Positions 28,805 to 37,927 of a DNA stretch of 64,000 bases are shown here, one piece after another (the stretch's first letter is position 1; each line of letters opens with the position of its first letter). A program made the position numbers and the translations under genes. Origin of the DNA: Methanobacteriota archaeon (GTDB lineage Archaea; Halobacteriota; Methanomicrobia; Methanomicrobiales; Methanomicrobiaceae); NCBI GenBank assembly GCA_016841485.1, contig JAENZA010000002.1, positions 30,927 to 94,926 of the forward strand, written 5' to 3'. The notes below the pieces were generated by a model. It saw only the letters and a list, made by a program, of their open reading frames with translations, did no database searches and was not told the DNA's origin.

Positions 28805-29374
28805 TTAGTAGAGGAGGTTGACCGCGTCGATCTTCGGCGGGGTGGTCCTCTTCAGGCCCAGGGGTGAACCGACTGAGGGGCGGACCTCGAGGTTGAACTT
28901 CTCGTTCACGCCGAGTGCCGTGGAAGGCATGGCAAGGACAGTGAACTTGTCGTCATTCTCGAGGAGCACATCGTTTGCCGATGCACCGTCGGCGATGGTC
29001 CAGGATCCTGCGGATGTTGTATTCGCAACCAGGTTGGAATTCTTTGAAAGAATTTCAACAACATCGGATGTTGCAAAGACCATCTGGGTGGTGTTGAAGT
29101 CAACGGCGGTGCCGCCTGCGGCAAGTCCGACGGTGAAGCGGATGGTCGTAACGGTGTTGTTAGTTCCAAGACCATACACATCGCCGATGATCTCCATCGA
29201 AGATGATGCCATATCTACACTCGTATACACAACTTCCTGAGACTTCTGGGTTGTGAAGAAACCGGCGCCCAGGACCACGTATGAGAATACAGCGGCGACG
29301 ACCACAAATGCAATAAGCACGATTGCGGCCTCAAGACCGGTGAAACCCTCTTCACGGTTCATAATTTTCTGCAT
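28805..29374 (-). CDS. arlB: Archaellin ArlB (FlaB)
   Basis: Class III signal peptide and conserved hydrophobic N-terminus (MQKIMNREEG/FTGLEAAIVLIAFVVVAAVFSYVVLGAG). GGAGGA SD upstream of the ATG. It is the only archaellin gene in the window. Confidence 0.9.
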   Translation of the reverse strand: MQKIMNREEGFTGLEAAIVLIAFVVVAAVFSYVVLGAGFFTTQKSQEVVYTSVDMASSSMEIIGDVYGLGTNNTVTTIRFTVGLAAGGTAVDFNTTQMVFATSDVVEILSKNSNLVANTTSAGSWTIADGASANDVLLENDDKFTVLAMPSTALGVNEKFNLEVRPSVGSPLGLKRTTPPKIDAVNLLY

Positions 29375-29440
29375 CTACATTTCCTCCATGAGATGAACCA
29401 CTAGTGATTCAGTGATTAACAAGAATACTTGGAATGGCTA

Positions 29441-29503
29441 TTATATATACTTTGTCCCAATTCAAATCAATATCCTGTGGAATTGGGCAATATGTATATA
29501 TAC
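29441..29503. promoter_or_regulatory. Archaellin upstream control region: two TATA-like boxes flanking an 8-bp-arm palindrome
   Basis: ttatatatac (29441-29450); cccaattc (29456-29463) and gaattggg (29480-29487) separated by a 16-nt spacer; tatgtatatatac (29491-29503). Confidence 0.4.
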
Positions 29504-29656
29504 TGCATGTAATGTGGCCGAATTTTTGCCTATCGCAAGTGCTTGATGATGTGGCGGGCAATGGTGGTTATTCATTATTTATATGTTGGTGATCTCCCGT
29601 CGTGAAAGGCGATGATGAGCATCACCTTATATATTGCAGAAATCCAACCTTGGTAT

Positions 29657-30319
29657 ATGCAAAAGGAGGATGCGGTCTTTTTCATCATTGCCATTGTGAT
29701 CGTCATATCCATGGCAGTATTTGTAAAACCCGTTCTCCAGGGAGAAGAGATATTTGCCGCTGATGGTGGCGCCACCGATGAGCCGCTGGACATTCCGGCA
29801 GATCTCTCCAATCTCCAGTCGGGGTCGTCGACGGCAGCAACTGTTACCCCTACTTCCACCCCGATCCCGACCCCTGCATGGGACGGGACGCCAAAAACGG
29901 TGGGGTATGTCGATCCCTCCACTTACAATATCGAAAAGGAAGACACGATTTCGATGAGGCACCAACCCCAGGCCTACCAGTCCGACCGCACAATGGTCCC
30001 TTACGCGATCATCCGTGGGGACGCTTCCGGAACGACGGAGATTCTTCGCATCCCCTCGGGATACTGGGAACTTCACCTGACCTTTGATGGATGGACGGCC
30101 AGTCCGTACGAATCATATATGATAGTTCAGGTCCGCAATGCGGACGATCGAAATGACTACCAGGTGTTCAATACGAGAGAGATGGCCCCGGTTACCGTTG
30201 ATGATACCGATACGTGGGTGCTGGAATATTATGAAGCCGGGAATTTTTATTTTGTCATGGAGGAGGAACTGGTTAAGTCCTATACCATCCGGATTCTTGT
30301 TCCCGATGATGCTGTTTAA
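29657..30319 (+). CDS. Membrane-anchored hypothetical protein with Thr/Pro linker
   Basis: Start taken at MQKEDAVFFIIAIVIVISMAVFV (N-terminal anchor), followed by a TVTPTSTPIPTP linker and a beta-rich domain. Upstream ATGs at 29612/29615 are also possible starts. Confidence 0.5.
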   Translation: MQKEDAVFFIIAIVIVISMAVFVKPVLQGEEIFAADGGATDEPLDIPADLSNLQSGSSTAATVTPTSTPIPTPAWDGTPKTVGYVDPSTYNIEKEDTISMRHQPQAYQSDRTMVPYAIIRGDASGTTEILRIPSGYWELHLTFDGWTASPYESYMIVQVRNADDRNDYQVFNTREMAPVTVDDTDTWVLEYYEAGNFYFVMEEELVKSYTIRILVPDDAV

Positions 30320-31173
30320 TGTGCCTGCCGTTCTTTCCAGTGGCAGGCAATATATTCCCGGATCAATTTGCCAGCCACCGCTGCTGTCTGTCCAGCGTCG
30401 ATGGGGCAGACCTCCACATAATCAAACCCGCAGGAATGCGGGCCGATTTTTCGGATCACGTCCCTGATGTCAAAAGGGGTGATACCAAAGGGTTCCGGGG
30501 TGCCGTGGCCGGGAGTGAGGCAGCAGTCGATGGCATCGGCATCAATGGAGAGATATGTCCTTTTTCCTTCAATGATCGGAAGTATCTCTTCAATGATATC
30601 GTCTATTCCCCGCTTACGGACATCCTCCGCACTGTAGAGGTGAAGTGAGCGGGCATATTCATATTCTTCTCTGGTCCCACTTCGCGCCCCGATGATGACA
30701 ATTTCCTTTGTGCCAAGGTCGGCAACCCTTCGGGTAACGCATGCATGATTATAGGGCGATCCGCCGTATTCCTCCCTGAGGTCCAGGTGGGCATCGCATA
30801 CGACATAACACTCTGGTTCCAGGGCACGGATGGCGCCAACCGTCACACTGTGCTCACCGCCGAGGAGGATGGGGATTTTCCCGTCAGCCAGCAGGTCCCG
30901 GGTGACCTCCTCGACCTGGGAGATCACCCTTTCGGGCTGTGATTCCGGTTCGATGTTTCCCAGGTCGGCAAAGGGTATCTCCGTGAGGTCGAGATTAAAA
31001 TCAGGGATATAGGTCTCGAATGTCCTTGTTACCCGACGGATGGCATCCGGGCCTTCACGGGTACCTGCCAGGTAGGTGGTTGTTCCGTCATAGGGTACAC
31101 CGAAGAGTACGTACTCTGCGGAATCATACGATGCATCAGCATCTGCAAAAAAATTGTGAGATAGATATTGCAT
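30316..31173 (-). CDS. speB: Agmatinase (arginase/ureohydrolase family)
   Basis: Motifs GGEHSVT, CDAHLDL, SIDADAIDC (Mn-binding residues). Lies next to aIF5A, a common archaeal arrangement. Confidence 0.88.
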   Translation of the reverse strand: MQYLSHNFFADADASYDSAEYVLFGVPYDGTTTYLAGTREGPDAIRRVTRTFETYIPDFNLDLTEIPFADLGNIEPESQPERVISQVEEVTRDLLADGKIPILLGGEHSVTVGAIRALEPECYVVCDAHLDLREEYGGSPYNHACVTRRVADLGTKEIVIIGARSGTREEYEYARSLHLYSAEDVRKRGIDDIIEEILPIIEGKRTYLSIDADAIDCCLTPGHGTPEPFGITPFDIRDVIRKIGPHSCGFDYVEVCPIDAGQTAAVAGKLIREYIACHWKERQAH

Positions 31174-31177
31174 CTTT

Positions 31178-31561
31178 TTAGAGGTCGAGTTTCTTCATGT
31201 TGAGGGATTCGATGTACGGAATTTCCTTTCCTGCCTCAATATGGGAAAGCTGCTGATCCGATACTTCGAGCTCGAACATTTCATAGTCCTTGATGTCCAT
31301 GAACTGGACGGTATTTCCCGCAATTGAGATGACCTGGGCACTCTTGCGCTCGACAATCGGTACATAGGTTTTGGCACTTACCGGCTGCACGATTGAGCGC
31401 TTCACGCCGTCGAAAATTCCTACAACGTCAATTCTTGATTTTGCTGCCCCGTGTTTGCCGGGTTTTGATGTTGAGATGGAAAGGATTTTGCATGGCTCAT
31501 CATCAACAACGACATACTTGCCCTCTTTAAGTTTCCCAATTTCTGTCTGCTGTTTACTCAT
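31178..31561 (-). CDS. eif5a: Translation initiation factor 5A (aIF5A)
   Basis: STSKPGKHGAAK hypusine loop. Start placed at MSKQQTEIGKLKEG (31561). Confidence 0.9.
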   Translation of the reverse strand: MSKQQTEIGKLKEGKYVVVDDEPCKILSISTSKPGKHGAAKSRIDVVGIFDGVKRSIVQPVSAKTYVPIVERKSAQVISIAGNTVQFMDIKDYEMFELEVSDQQLSHIEAGKEIPYIESLNMKKLDL

Positions 31562-31642
31562 GACAATCAAACTCTCCATTACTTTTCTCAATAAAGTTAA
31601 ATAAATACACTGGTAAGGTGCATACTAACCGGGGTAGATACA

Positions 31643-32434
31643 ATGCATTTTTTGGACTCCTGCGCTGTAATGGCAGATAAGGTGGAGGAAGCAATCAGCG
31701 GTCTTACGGGGGATCCCAGGGCAGGAGCCTTTGTCGGGATGGGTGCTGACGGAACACCGACAAAATATATCGATAAGGTCGCTGAAGACATCATATTCGA
31801 TTATCTGCGCGAAAATGCGTTATGCAGCGGTGCAATAAGCGAGGAAGCCGGACGATGTGAAATGCCGGATGGGGAGGGAACAGTGATCGTTGATCCCATC
31901 GACGGAACGTCCAATGCCATTCGCGGCATTCCCTACTATGCTCTTTCGATAGCGCGGGAAATCGATGGCCATCTTGAGGAAGCCTTCATTCGTGACCTGC
32001 CCCATCATGAGACGTTCACCGCTCTCCGTGGCAGGGGGGCCTGGGTGAACGGCCGGCCGGTCCATGTGTCGGAGACACGCAGTCTTGAGGAGGCGACGGT
32101 TTCGCTGTATGGGAGGAGATATCAACCAGAATCAGTATTGGGACTCGGAAAAAAGATTCGCCGCTGGCGGCTGTTAGGGGCATCCGCACTTGAGCTTGCC
32201 TATGTCGGTGCCGGAAGGATCGATGCGTTTGTCGATCTCAGGGGAAGTCTGCGGGTCACCGATGCTGCGGCAGGCATGCTCATCTGTCGCGAAGCCGGAG
32301 GAATGATTTCAGGAACCGATAATGAAGAGATCCGGTATTCGGGAGACGTGAGGGAAGGTGCCCGGCTCGTGGCAACAAACGGGCTCCTTCATACTGATGT
32401 CATCAGTACCCTGGAGGCATTTCATGAAAATTAA
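31643..32434 (+). CDS. Inositol monophosphatase / FBPase-family phosphatase (possible NADP phosphatase)
   Basis: Motifs VDPIDGTSN and WRLLGASALELAYVGAGRIDAFVD. Overlaps the NAD kinase gene by 11 nt. Confidence 0.85.
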   Translation: MHFLDSCAVMADKVEEAISGLTGDPRAGAFVGMGADGTPTKYIDKVAEDIIFDYLRENALCSGAISEEAGRCEMPDGEGTVIVDPIDGTSNAIRGIPYYALSIAREIDGHLEEAFIRDLPHHETFTALRGRGAWVNGRPVHVSETRSLEEATVSLYGRRYQPESVLGLGKKIRRWRLLGASALELAYVGAGRIDAFVDLRGSLRVTDAAAGMLICREAGGMISGTDNEEIRYSGDVREGARLVATNGLLHTDVISTLEAFHEN

Positions 32435-33239
32435 CTGCATCCCGCGCCCTGATGAACCCGATGCAATCCGATATGCCTATGATTTGGCGGATATCCTGCA
32501 GAAGGACGGTCATGATGCCTGGGTCGATTATGCAGGAGAGCAGGGGCCGGCAGAAGGGGTAAAGACGCACCCCCGGGAGAAACCGGACCTTGCAGTGATC
32601 GTCGGCGGTGACGGGTCCGTCCTGCATGCCGTTCGCCATCTCTCCCCCCAGGTCCCCATCATCGGCGTCAATTTCGGCAGGGTGGGGTTTCTGACCGATC
32701 TCGAAGCCCAGGAAGCTCCGGCATTTCTGCGCCGGATTGCACAGGAGGGTTTCTCCGTCGAAAAGAGAATGCGCCTTCGTTTGTCGATTGATGGCAGGCA
32801 TATGGGCGATGCCCTGAACGAAGCGGTCATTGTAACCGAACGGCCGGCAAAGATGCTGAAGTTTGCCGTGATGGTGGACGGTATTGCTGCGGAAACATTC
32901 CGTTCGGACGGGATCATTCTTGCCACACCGACGGGTTCGACCGCCTATGCGATGAGTGCCGGGGGGCCGATTATCGATCCACGCATACGCGGGTATCTTC
33001 TCGTTCCCCTTGCACCGTATATGCTCTCATCGCGGCCGCATCTCATCTCAGCCGATCGTTCACTTGGCATCGGGTTTGAGAGCGATAAACCGGCAAGCCT
33101 GGTCCTGGACGGGCAGCAGGCAGGTGAGCTTGAGGACGGGGCCATCGTCCGGGTTGAGGAGTCTCCGGAACCGGCGATATTTGTCAATGGAGGAAAGAGC
33201 TTTTTCATCAAGGTTGACCGGAAACTGCGTCGTCTTTAG
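32424..33239 (+). CDS. nadK: NAD kinase
   Basis: GGDGSVL, NFGRVGFLT, ATPTGSTAYAMSAGGP. Start at ATG 32424 (MKINCIP). Confidence 0.88.
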   Translation: MKINCIPRPDEPDAIRYAYDLADILQKDGHDAWVDYAGEQGPAEGVKTHPREKPDLAVIVGGDGSVLHAVRHLSPQVPIIGVNFGRVGFLTDLEAQEAPAFLRRIAQEGFSVEKRMRLRLSIDGRHMGDALNEAVIVTERPAKMLKFAVMVDGIAAETFRSDGIILATPTGSTAYAMSAGGPIIDPRIRGYLLVPLAPYMLSSRPHLISADRSLGIGFESDKPASLVLDGQQAGELEDGAIVRVEESPEPAIFVNGGKSFFIKVDRKLRRL

Positions 33240-33335
33240 GACCCAAATAGGCTGGAAAGATATATTTATCTTCTTTTTCCTCAATGTAACTTTTACATGC
33301 AGGCAGAAGTCTGCACGAATGTATGGAGATTTGCT

Positions 33336-34064
33336 ATGATTGACGAGATGAAAACTGATGTGGATTATGCTGCTGTTGCAGAGATATTCAAGGATATTGG
33401 TATTGACGGTTCTCCGGTTGCAGTGAAATTTGCCAAGAATGCCGAAGGGATCCCCGAGGGTGTGGAAGAGATCAAGGAGGCTGCCCGCCATTGCCAGATG
33501 GTGACCTCTGCGAAAAATGAGGGAACGATTATGTATGCCCGTGCGGATAAGCATCAGTGTATGGGAGGTGCCTGGGCCCTGGGTCTGATAGAACTTACCC
33601 CTTCCCTGAAATCAGGAGAATTTTATTTCAAGCTTGGGAAATTCAATTCATGGGCGGCATGCATGCGTACCATTGATTCCGAACCTCATGTACACCCCCC
33701 CGGATCCGAAGAAGTGAGTACCTATGCGACGGTCTATGCACCGCTTGAGAAGACACCCTTCGACCCGCATGTTGTTGTAATTCTGGCACAGCCCTTCGTG
33801 ATGCTCAAGATTGCACAGGCAATTATATATAAGGCCGGTGGGCGGATTGAGAGCAATATGGCAGGCATTCAGTCTGTGTGTGCTGATACATGTGCCTATC
33901 CGTACATGACCGGAAAAGTAAACTATTCCCTTGGATGTGACGGATCGCGCAAATTTTCCGGTATCGATGATGAGCTGATGGTCATGGGCATCCCTGGCGA
34001 GTTGATCCGGGACATTGCAGAAGCTCTTCCAATTGTAACCGGTGCTGCTGGTTCCAAGAAATAA
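33336..34064 (+). CDS. DUF169-family protein
   Basis: About 240 aa. PVAVKF...HCQMV...GC...RKFSG pattern as I recall it for DUF169. Start at the second ATG. Confidence 0.6.
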   Translation: MIDEMKTDVDYAAVAEIFKDIGIDGSPVAVKFAKNAEGIPEGVEEIKEAARHCQMVTSAKNEGTIMYARADKHQCMGGAWALGLIELTPSLKSGEFYFKLGKFNSWAACMRTIDSEPHVHPPGSEEVSTYATVYAPLEKTPFDPHVVVILAQPFVMLKIAQAIIYKAGGRIESNMAGIQSVCADTCAYPYMTGKVNYSLGCDGSRKFSGIDDELMVMGIPGELIRDIAEALPIVTGAAGSKK

Positions 34065-34523
34065 TCAGGTACGGCTGTCTATCAGCTCTATTATCTTTTT
34101 TACGGCGTTTGGAACGGCATTCGCGACTTCTGGGTCCATGGCATCGGAAAACCGGTCGATATGGCCTGCTTCGATACCGATGATTATCAATTCAGTGCTA
34201 AGACCCAGTTCTTCTGCAATGCCAACCGTATCAAGAACGCCTATGTCCGAAAGGGAGAGGGGAAAGACCTCATTTTTTGGTGGTGCTGAAAAGATCTGGA
34301 TCTCTCCTTTGTTCTTACCGTACCCCGACATGGCATCGACGATGATAACGATGTCCTGGTTCTCCATCATCGGGATGAGTCCCAACCCTCCGACACCTCC
34401 CTCGCAGGTCTCTATGTCGGGCCGCATCTGTGCCAGGGACTCGATGATCCGAAGTCCCACGCCGTCGTTTCCCATAAGGGGATTGCCGCAGCCAATTACC
34501 CGTATCCGTACGTCCTGATTCAT
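34065..34523 (-). CDS. Hydrogenase maturation endopeptidase (FrhD/HycI-like)
   Basis: IRVIGCGNPLMGNDGVGLRIIESL, IVIIVDAM, IIIGIE motifs. Start at MNQDVRIRV (34523). Confidence 0.8.
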   Translation of the reverse strand: MNQDVRIRVIGCGNPLMGNDGVGLRIIESLAQMRPDIETCEGGVGGLGLIPMMENQDIVIIVDAMSGYGKNKGEIQIFSAPPKNEVFPLSLSDIGVLDTVGIAEELGLSTELIIIGIEAGHIDRFSDAMDPEVANAVPNAVKKIIELIDSRT

Positions 34524-34647
34524 GTGTTCACAACCTGAAACGGTACCCTGAGGTATGCCCTTCCCGTTCCCCCCGTACAACGTTGTAAAAGACTTATCTC
34601 GTTCACGGTTGAAGTACTTTCAGGATGCGATAAATGTGCAGGTGTCG

Positions 34648-35136
34648 ATGAAACTCGAGATGAAGGATTCTCCGGGGCAACTCGTCTCGGTCATTCAGCC
34701 GATATCGGAAATTGGCGGCAATATACTCTCGGTTATCCATGAACGTGACCCCGCCGTCAAAAGTGATGTTCTCGATGTACAGATTCTCTGCGAAATTCCC
34801 GAAGGATCGCTTGAACCACTGCTGGAGAGTTTCAAGCAGCGCGGGGTCAGCGTCCTCAGGATTGGAGAGGAACGGTTGCTTGTCAGGCGTTCGGTGATTC
34901 TGATTGGTCATCTCATCCATACGGACATCAGCGATACCATTGGCAAAATTGATTCCACCGGGTTTGCGGAGGTCCACGCTCTTTCCATGATTATGCCTGC
35001 CATTAATGAGCCTTCCTCGACGAAGATGACGATAAAATCCGACAGTCTTGCAAATATCAATCGCGCCCTTGACATCCTCAGGGATGTGGCGCGGCAGAAG
35101 GAATTTTTAATTATCGAACCACTGGAGGATGTCTGA
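34648..35136 (+). CDS. ACT-domain protein (amino-acid-binding regulatory protein)
   Basis: MKLEMKDSPGQLVSVIQPISEIGGNILSVIH resembles an ACT fold start. The stop overlaps the homoserine dehydrogenase start by 1 nt. Confidence 0.6.
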   Translation: MKLEMKDSPGQLVSVIQPISEIGGNILSVIHERDPAVKSDVLDVQILCEIPEGSLEPLLESFKQRGVSVLRIGEERLLVRRSVILIGHLIHTDISDTIGKIDSTGFAEVHALSMIMPAINEPSSTKMTIKSDSLANINRALDILRDVARQKEFLIIEPLEDV

Positions 35137-36122
35137 TGAGAATCGCGATGCTGGGTCTCGGTTCGGTGGGGAAAGGGATTGCACGGGCTATTCTGGAGCA
35201 GGATCTCGGATTATCCCTGACGGCCGTTGCCGATTCGAAAAGTGGACGTATCGAACCGTCGGGAATAGATATTGCATCGATGCTTGAGCAGAAGGAACGG
35301 ACCGGGATGTGCGGAACTCCCGGTGTCGGTGCTGCCGATATTCTTGCCTCTGATGCCTATGATATTTTAATTGAGGTCTCGCCGACCAATGCCGAAACCG
35401 GTGAACCGGCCCTCGGTTACATCCGTGAAGCGCTTTCCCGTGGGATGAGTGTGGTCACGTCAAACAAAGGGCCGGTTGCACTTGATTACCAGTCGCTCCA
35501 CCTGCTTGCAAAAGAGCATGGAGCCTATCTGCGCTATGAAGCGACGGTCTGCGGTGCAATTCCGATTATGCATACCATCGAGTCAGGTCTTGCGGGAAAT
35601 ACCATAACAAAGCTGTACGGTGTCTTTAACGGCACCTGTAATTATATTCTGACGAGGATGGCCGAAGAGGGGCTGACCTACCAGCAGGCACTCCTGGAGG
35701 CGCGTGAACTGGGATATGCGGAGGCGGACCCCACCTATGATGTCAAGGGGATCGATGCCGCAATCAAACTCGTGATTCTTGCAAATGCCGTATGGGGGAT
35801 GGAAAAGACCCTGGATGATGTTGAGATTACCGGGATTGACGGAGTGACCACCGCTGCCATTGCACTTGCGGAAGAACAGGATCTTACCATACGGCTGATT
35901 GGAGAGATCATACCCGCCGAGGATGTCCTGAGAGTCTCCCCCAGGATTATTCCCAAGTCTCATCCGCTGGTCGTCGAGGAGACCCTGAATGCAGTGGCTA
36001 TTGACACGGAAATGGCGGGGGAGATCACCCTTATAGGAAAAGGGGCCGGTTCCCTTGAGACCGCGAGCGCGGTGATTTCTGATCTCCTTTTCATTCGTGA
36101 TTGCCATGGCAGGCGTTCTTGA
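35136..36122 (+). CDS. hom: Homoserine dehydrogenase
   Basis: GLGSVGKG dinucleotide fold, VVTSNKGPVA, YEATVCGAIPI, GVFNGTCNYILT. Confidence 0.9.
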   Translation: MRIAMLGLGSVGKGIARAILEQDLGLSLTAVADSKSGRIEPSGIDIASMLEQKERTGMCGTPGVGAADILASDAYDILIEVSPTNAETGEPALGYIREALSRGMSVVTSNKGPVALDYQSLHLLAKEHGAYLRYEATVCGAIPIMHTIESGLAGNTITKLYGVFNGTCNYILTRMAEEGLTYQQALLEARELGYAEADPTYDVKGIDAAIKLVILANAVWGMEKTLDDVEITGIDGVTTAAIALAEEQDLTIRLIGEIIPAEDVLRVSPRIIPKSHPLVVEETLNAVAIDTEMAGEITLIGKGAGSLETASAVISDLLFIRDCHGRRS

Positions 36123-37212
36123 GAAGAGAAGGGAACTTCTGAACAGCATGAGGGATCTCACCCTCGAATACGGCTATTTTACGGTGAATGATATTGCAGA
36201 GGCCCTGGAAATTCCCCGGAGTACTGTTCAGGACTGGGTCTCGCGACTCATCGGCGAACAGTGCGTCGTGGTCAAGGAAGAGAAGAAAGGGCGGTTTCCC
36301 GCGAAATACCAGACCGTGAGTGAAAAACTGTCGCCTGCCTGCCGGCGCATCTTCACGACGGTCGACGGTGACAGGGTTGCCATATTCCACCAGTGCCTGA
36401 GCACCGGGTGTGCTGCATTCTGTGCGTTTCATCATAAAAGTGCCGTCGGTGCTATAGAGAGCATCGGCCTCGACGGCCGGCTTCTCGTGGAATATGCACG
36501 TATGCGGGAATCTGATGCCAGGATTGGGCTCTATCCACTCCCTGCGGTCGGCGTCATAGGGGTGAGGCAGGAAAATGGGTTCATCATCCAGCGCATCCGC
36601 AGCATCGGAGGTCCTGCATACTCTCTTACCGATATGATGGCCATGGCGGAAGGCGTCTGCGATGTCCGCGTAAGGAAGTCCGGGGGTATTGTTGAGGGGG
36701 AGGTGGTAACGCGTGCCCTTACGCACCTGATTATCGGGGTGGATGATACCGATTCGGCAGAAGGAGGCGCGACGTTCGCTCTTGCCCTCGGGCTTCTCCA
36801 GTACCTTGGAAAGATGCGAGGGGTGTTCCCCATCGGACATAAGGTGGCGATGCTCCTGCCGAATCCTGAGATATGTACAACCGGGAACTCCTGTAGTGTT
36901 ATCGAGATCGCGGTCCGTCCGGAAGAGCTGGATCGTGTGATCGAACGGGCCCTGCGGTTTGTCCGGAAGCAGTCGCTTTCACCGGATTGGGGCCTTGCGG
37001 TCAAAAACGGGTTTACCATTCCCGGACCGCTTCGTGATTTCGGCCTCCGGGCACGAAAGGAAATCATAGGGAATGATGAAGCAATTGCCATTGCAACCGG
37101 CTGTTCCATACGTCTTGCCGGGGGAAAAGGGATCATCGGTGCTCTTGCGGCCATCGGGCTGTCGAGGGAGGAGATGTCTGTTCTGCTAAATCCGGCATGT
37201 ATGCCGGAATGA
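36097..37212 (+). CDS. wHTH-domain protein with central Cys/His cluster and TiaS-N-terminal-like (GxDDTDS) C-terminal domain
   Basis: N-terminal HTH (FTVNDIAEALEIPRSTVQDWVSRL), HQCLSTGCAAFCAFHH, then LIIGVDDTDSAEGGATFALALG (nt 36733-36756), which resembles the start of tRNA(Ile2) agmatidine synthetase TiaS. Overlaps hom by 26 nt. Confidence 0.55.
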   Translation: MIAMAGVLEKRRELLNSMRDLTLEYGYFTVNDIAEALEIPRSTVQDWVSRLIGEQCVVVKEEKKGRFPAKYQTVSEKLSPACRRIFTTVDGDRVAIFHQCLSTGCAAFCAFHHKSAVGAIESIGLDGRLLVEYARMRESDARIGLYPLPAVGVIGVRQENGFIIQRIRSIGGPAYSLTDMMAMAEGVCDVRVRKSGGIVEGEVVTRALTHLIIGVDDTDSAEGGATFALALGLLQYLGKMRGVFPIGHKVAMLLPNPEICTTGNSCSVIEIAVRPEELDRVIERALRFVRKQSLSPDWGLAVKNGFTIPGPLRDFGLRARKEIIGNDEAIAIATGCSIRLAGGKGIIGALAAIGLSREEMSVLLNPACMPE

Positions 37213-37364
37213 GCCTGCCTGACTGCACCTGCCTGACTGCACCTCGCGCTCACGGGAAGACCTTTCGCATCGATGGCATACCTTCAAGAAAGTGTGTGTC
37301 CCAACTAATGGATGACTGCGGCCGAAAGGCGGCGTCTCAATTGAGATCGATACGAGGAGATTGA

Positions 37365-37922
37365 ATGAAATACCGTATATCACGATATTCCCTATGGATG
37401 GTGCTGGGACTTGTGATTGCCCTTGCACTTGTATCTGCAGGATGCACCACACAGGATAATGGGGCGGATGCAATGCCTTTGGCAGAGAACGGGGACACCG
37501 TTCAGGTTCATTACCGTGGATACCTGGACTCCGGAGAGGATTTTGACAGTTCGTATGACCGCGGCGAGCCGATCGCATTTGTGGTGGGCGCCGGCCAGAT
37601 GATCTCCGGGTTCGATGCTGCGGTCGTCGGGATGGCGGTCGGTGAGACGAAGACGATTCACCTGACTCCCGAAGAGGCGTATGGACAGCCTGATGAAACG
37701 TTGATACGCCCGTTCCCGCGTGAAGATTTTGGGAATGAGAGCGATCCCCAGCCGGGAGATGAGTACATCTTTTCCAGCGGCGGGTCCCAGTTTCCGGTCG
37801 TTGTTGTATCGGTGAATGAGACGACCGTGGTGATCGATGCAAATCACCCGCTCGCCGGAGAGAACCTGAACTTCGATATCGAACTGGCTGGCCTCGAGAA
37901 GAATACCGAAGCTGAGAACTAG
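37365..37922 (+). CDS. Exported/lipoprotein-like FKBP-type PPIase
   Basis: Signal peptide with lipobox-like LVSAGC, then GDTVQVHYRGYLDSGEDFDSSYDRGEPIAFVVGAGQMISGFDAAVVGM. Confidence 0.8.
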   Translation: MKYRISRYSLWMVLGLVIALALVSAGCTTQDNGADAMPLAENGDTVQVHYRGYLDSGEDFDSSYDRGEPIAFVVGAGQMISGFDAAVVGMAVGETKTIHLTPEEAYGQPDETLIRPFPREDFGNESDPQPGDEYIFSSGGSQFPVVVVSVNETTVVIDANHPLAGENLNFDIELAGLEKNTEAEN

Positions 37923-37927
37923 GACGG

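Noticed and set aside
36091-37842. Minus-strand ORFs 36091..36840, 36531..37253 and 37186..37842
   Set aside because: They are antisense to the wHTH/TiaS-like gene and the FKBP gene. Their Arg/Ser/Pro-rich translations mark them as shadow ORFs.
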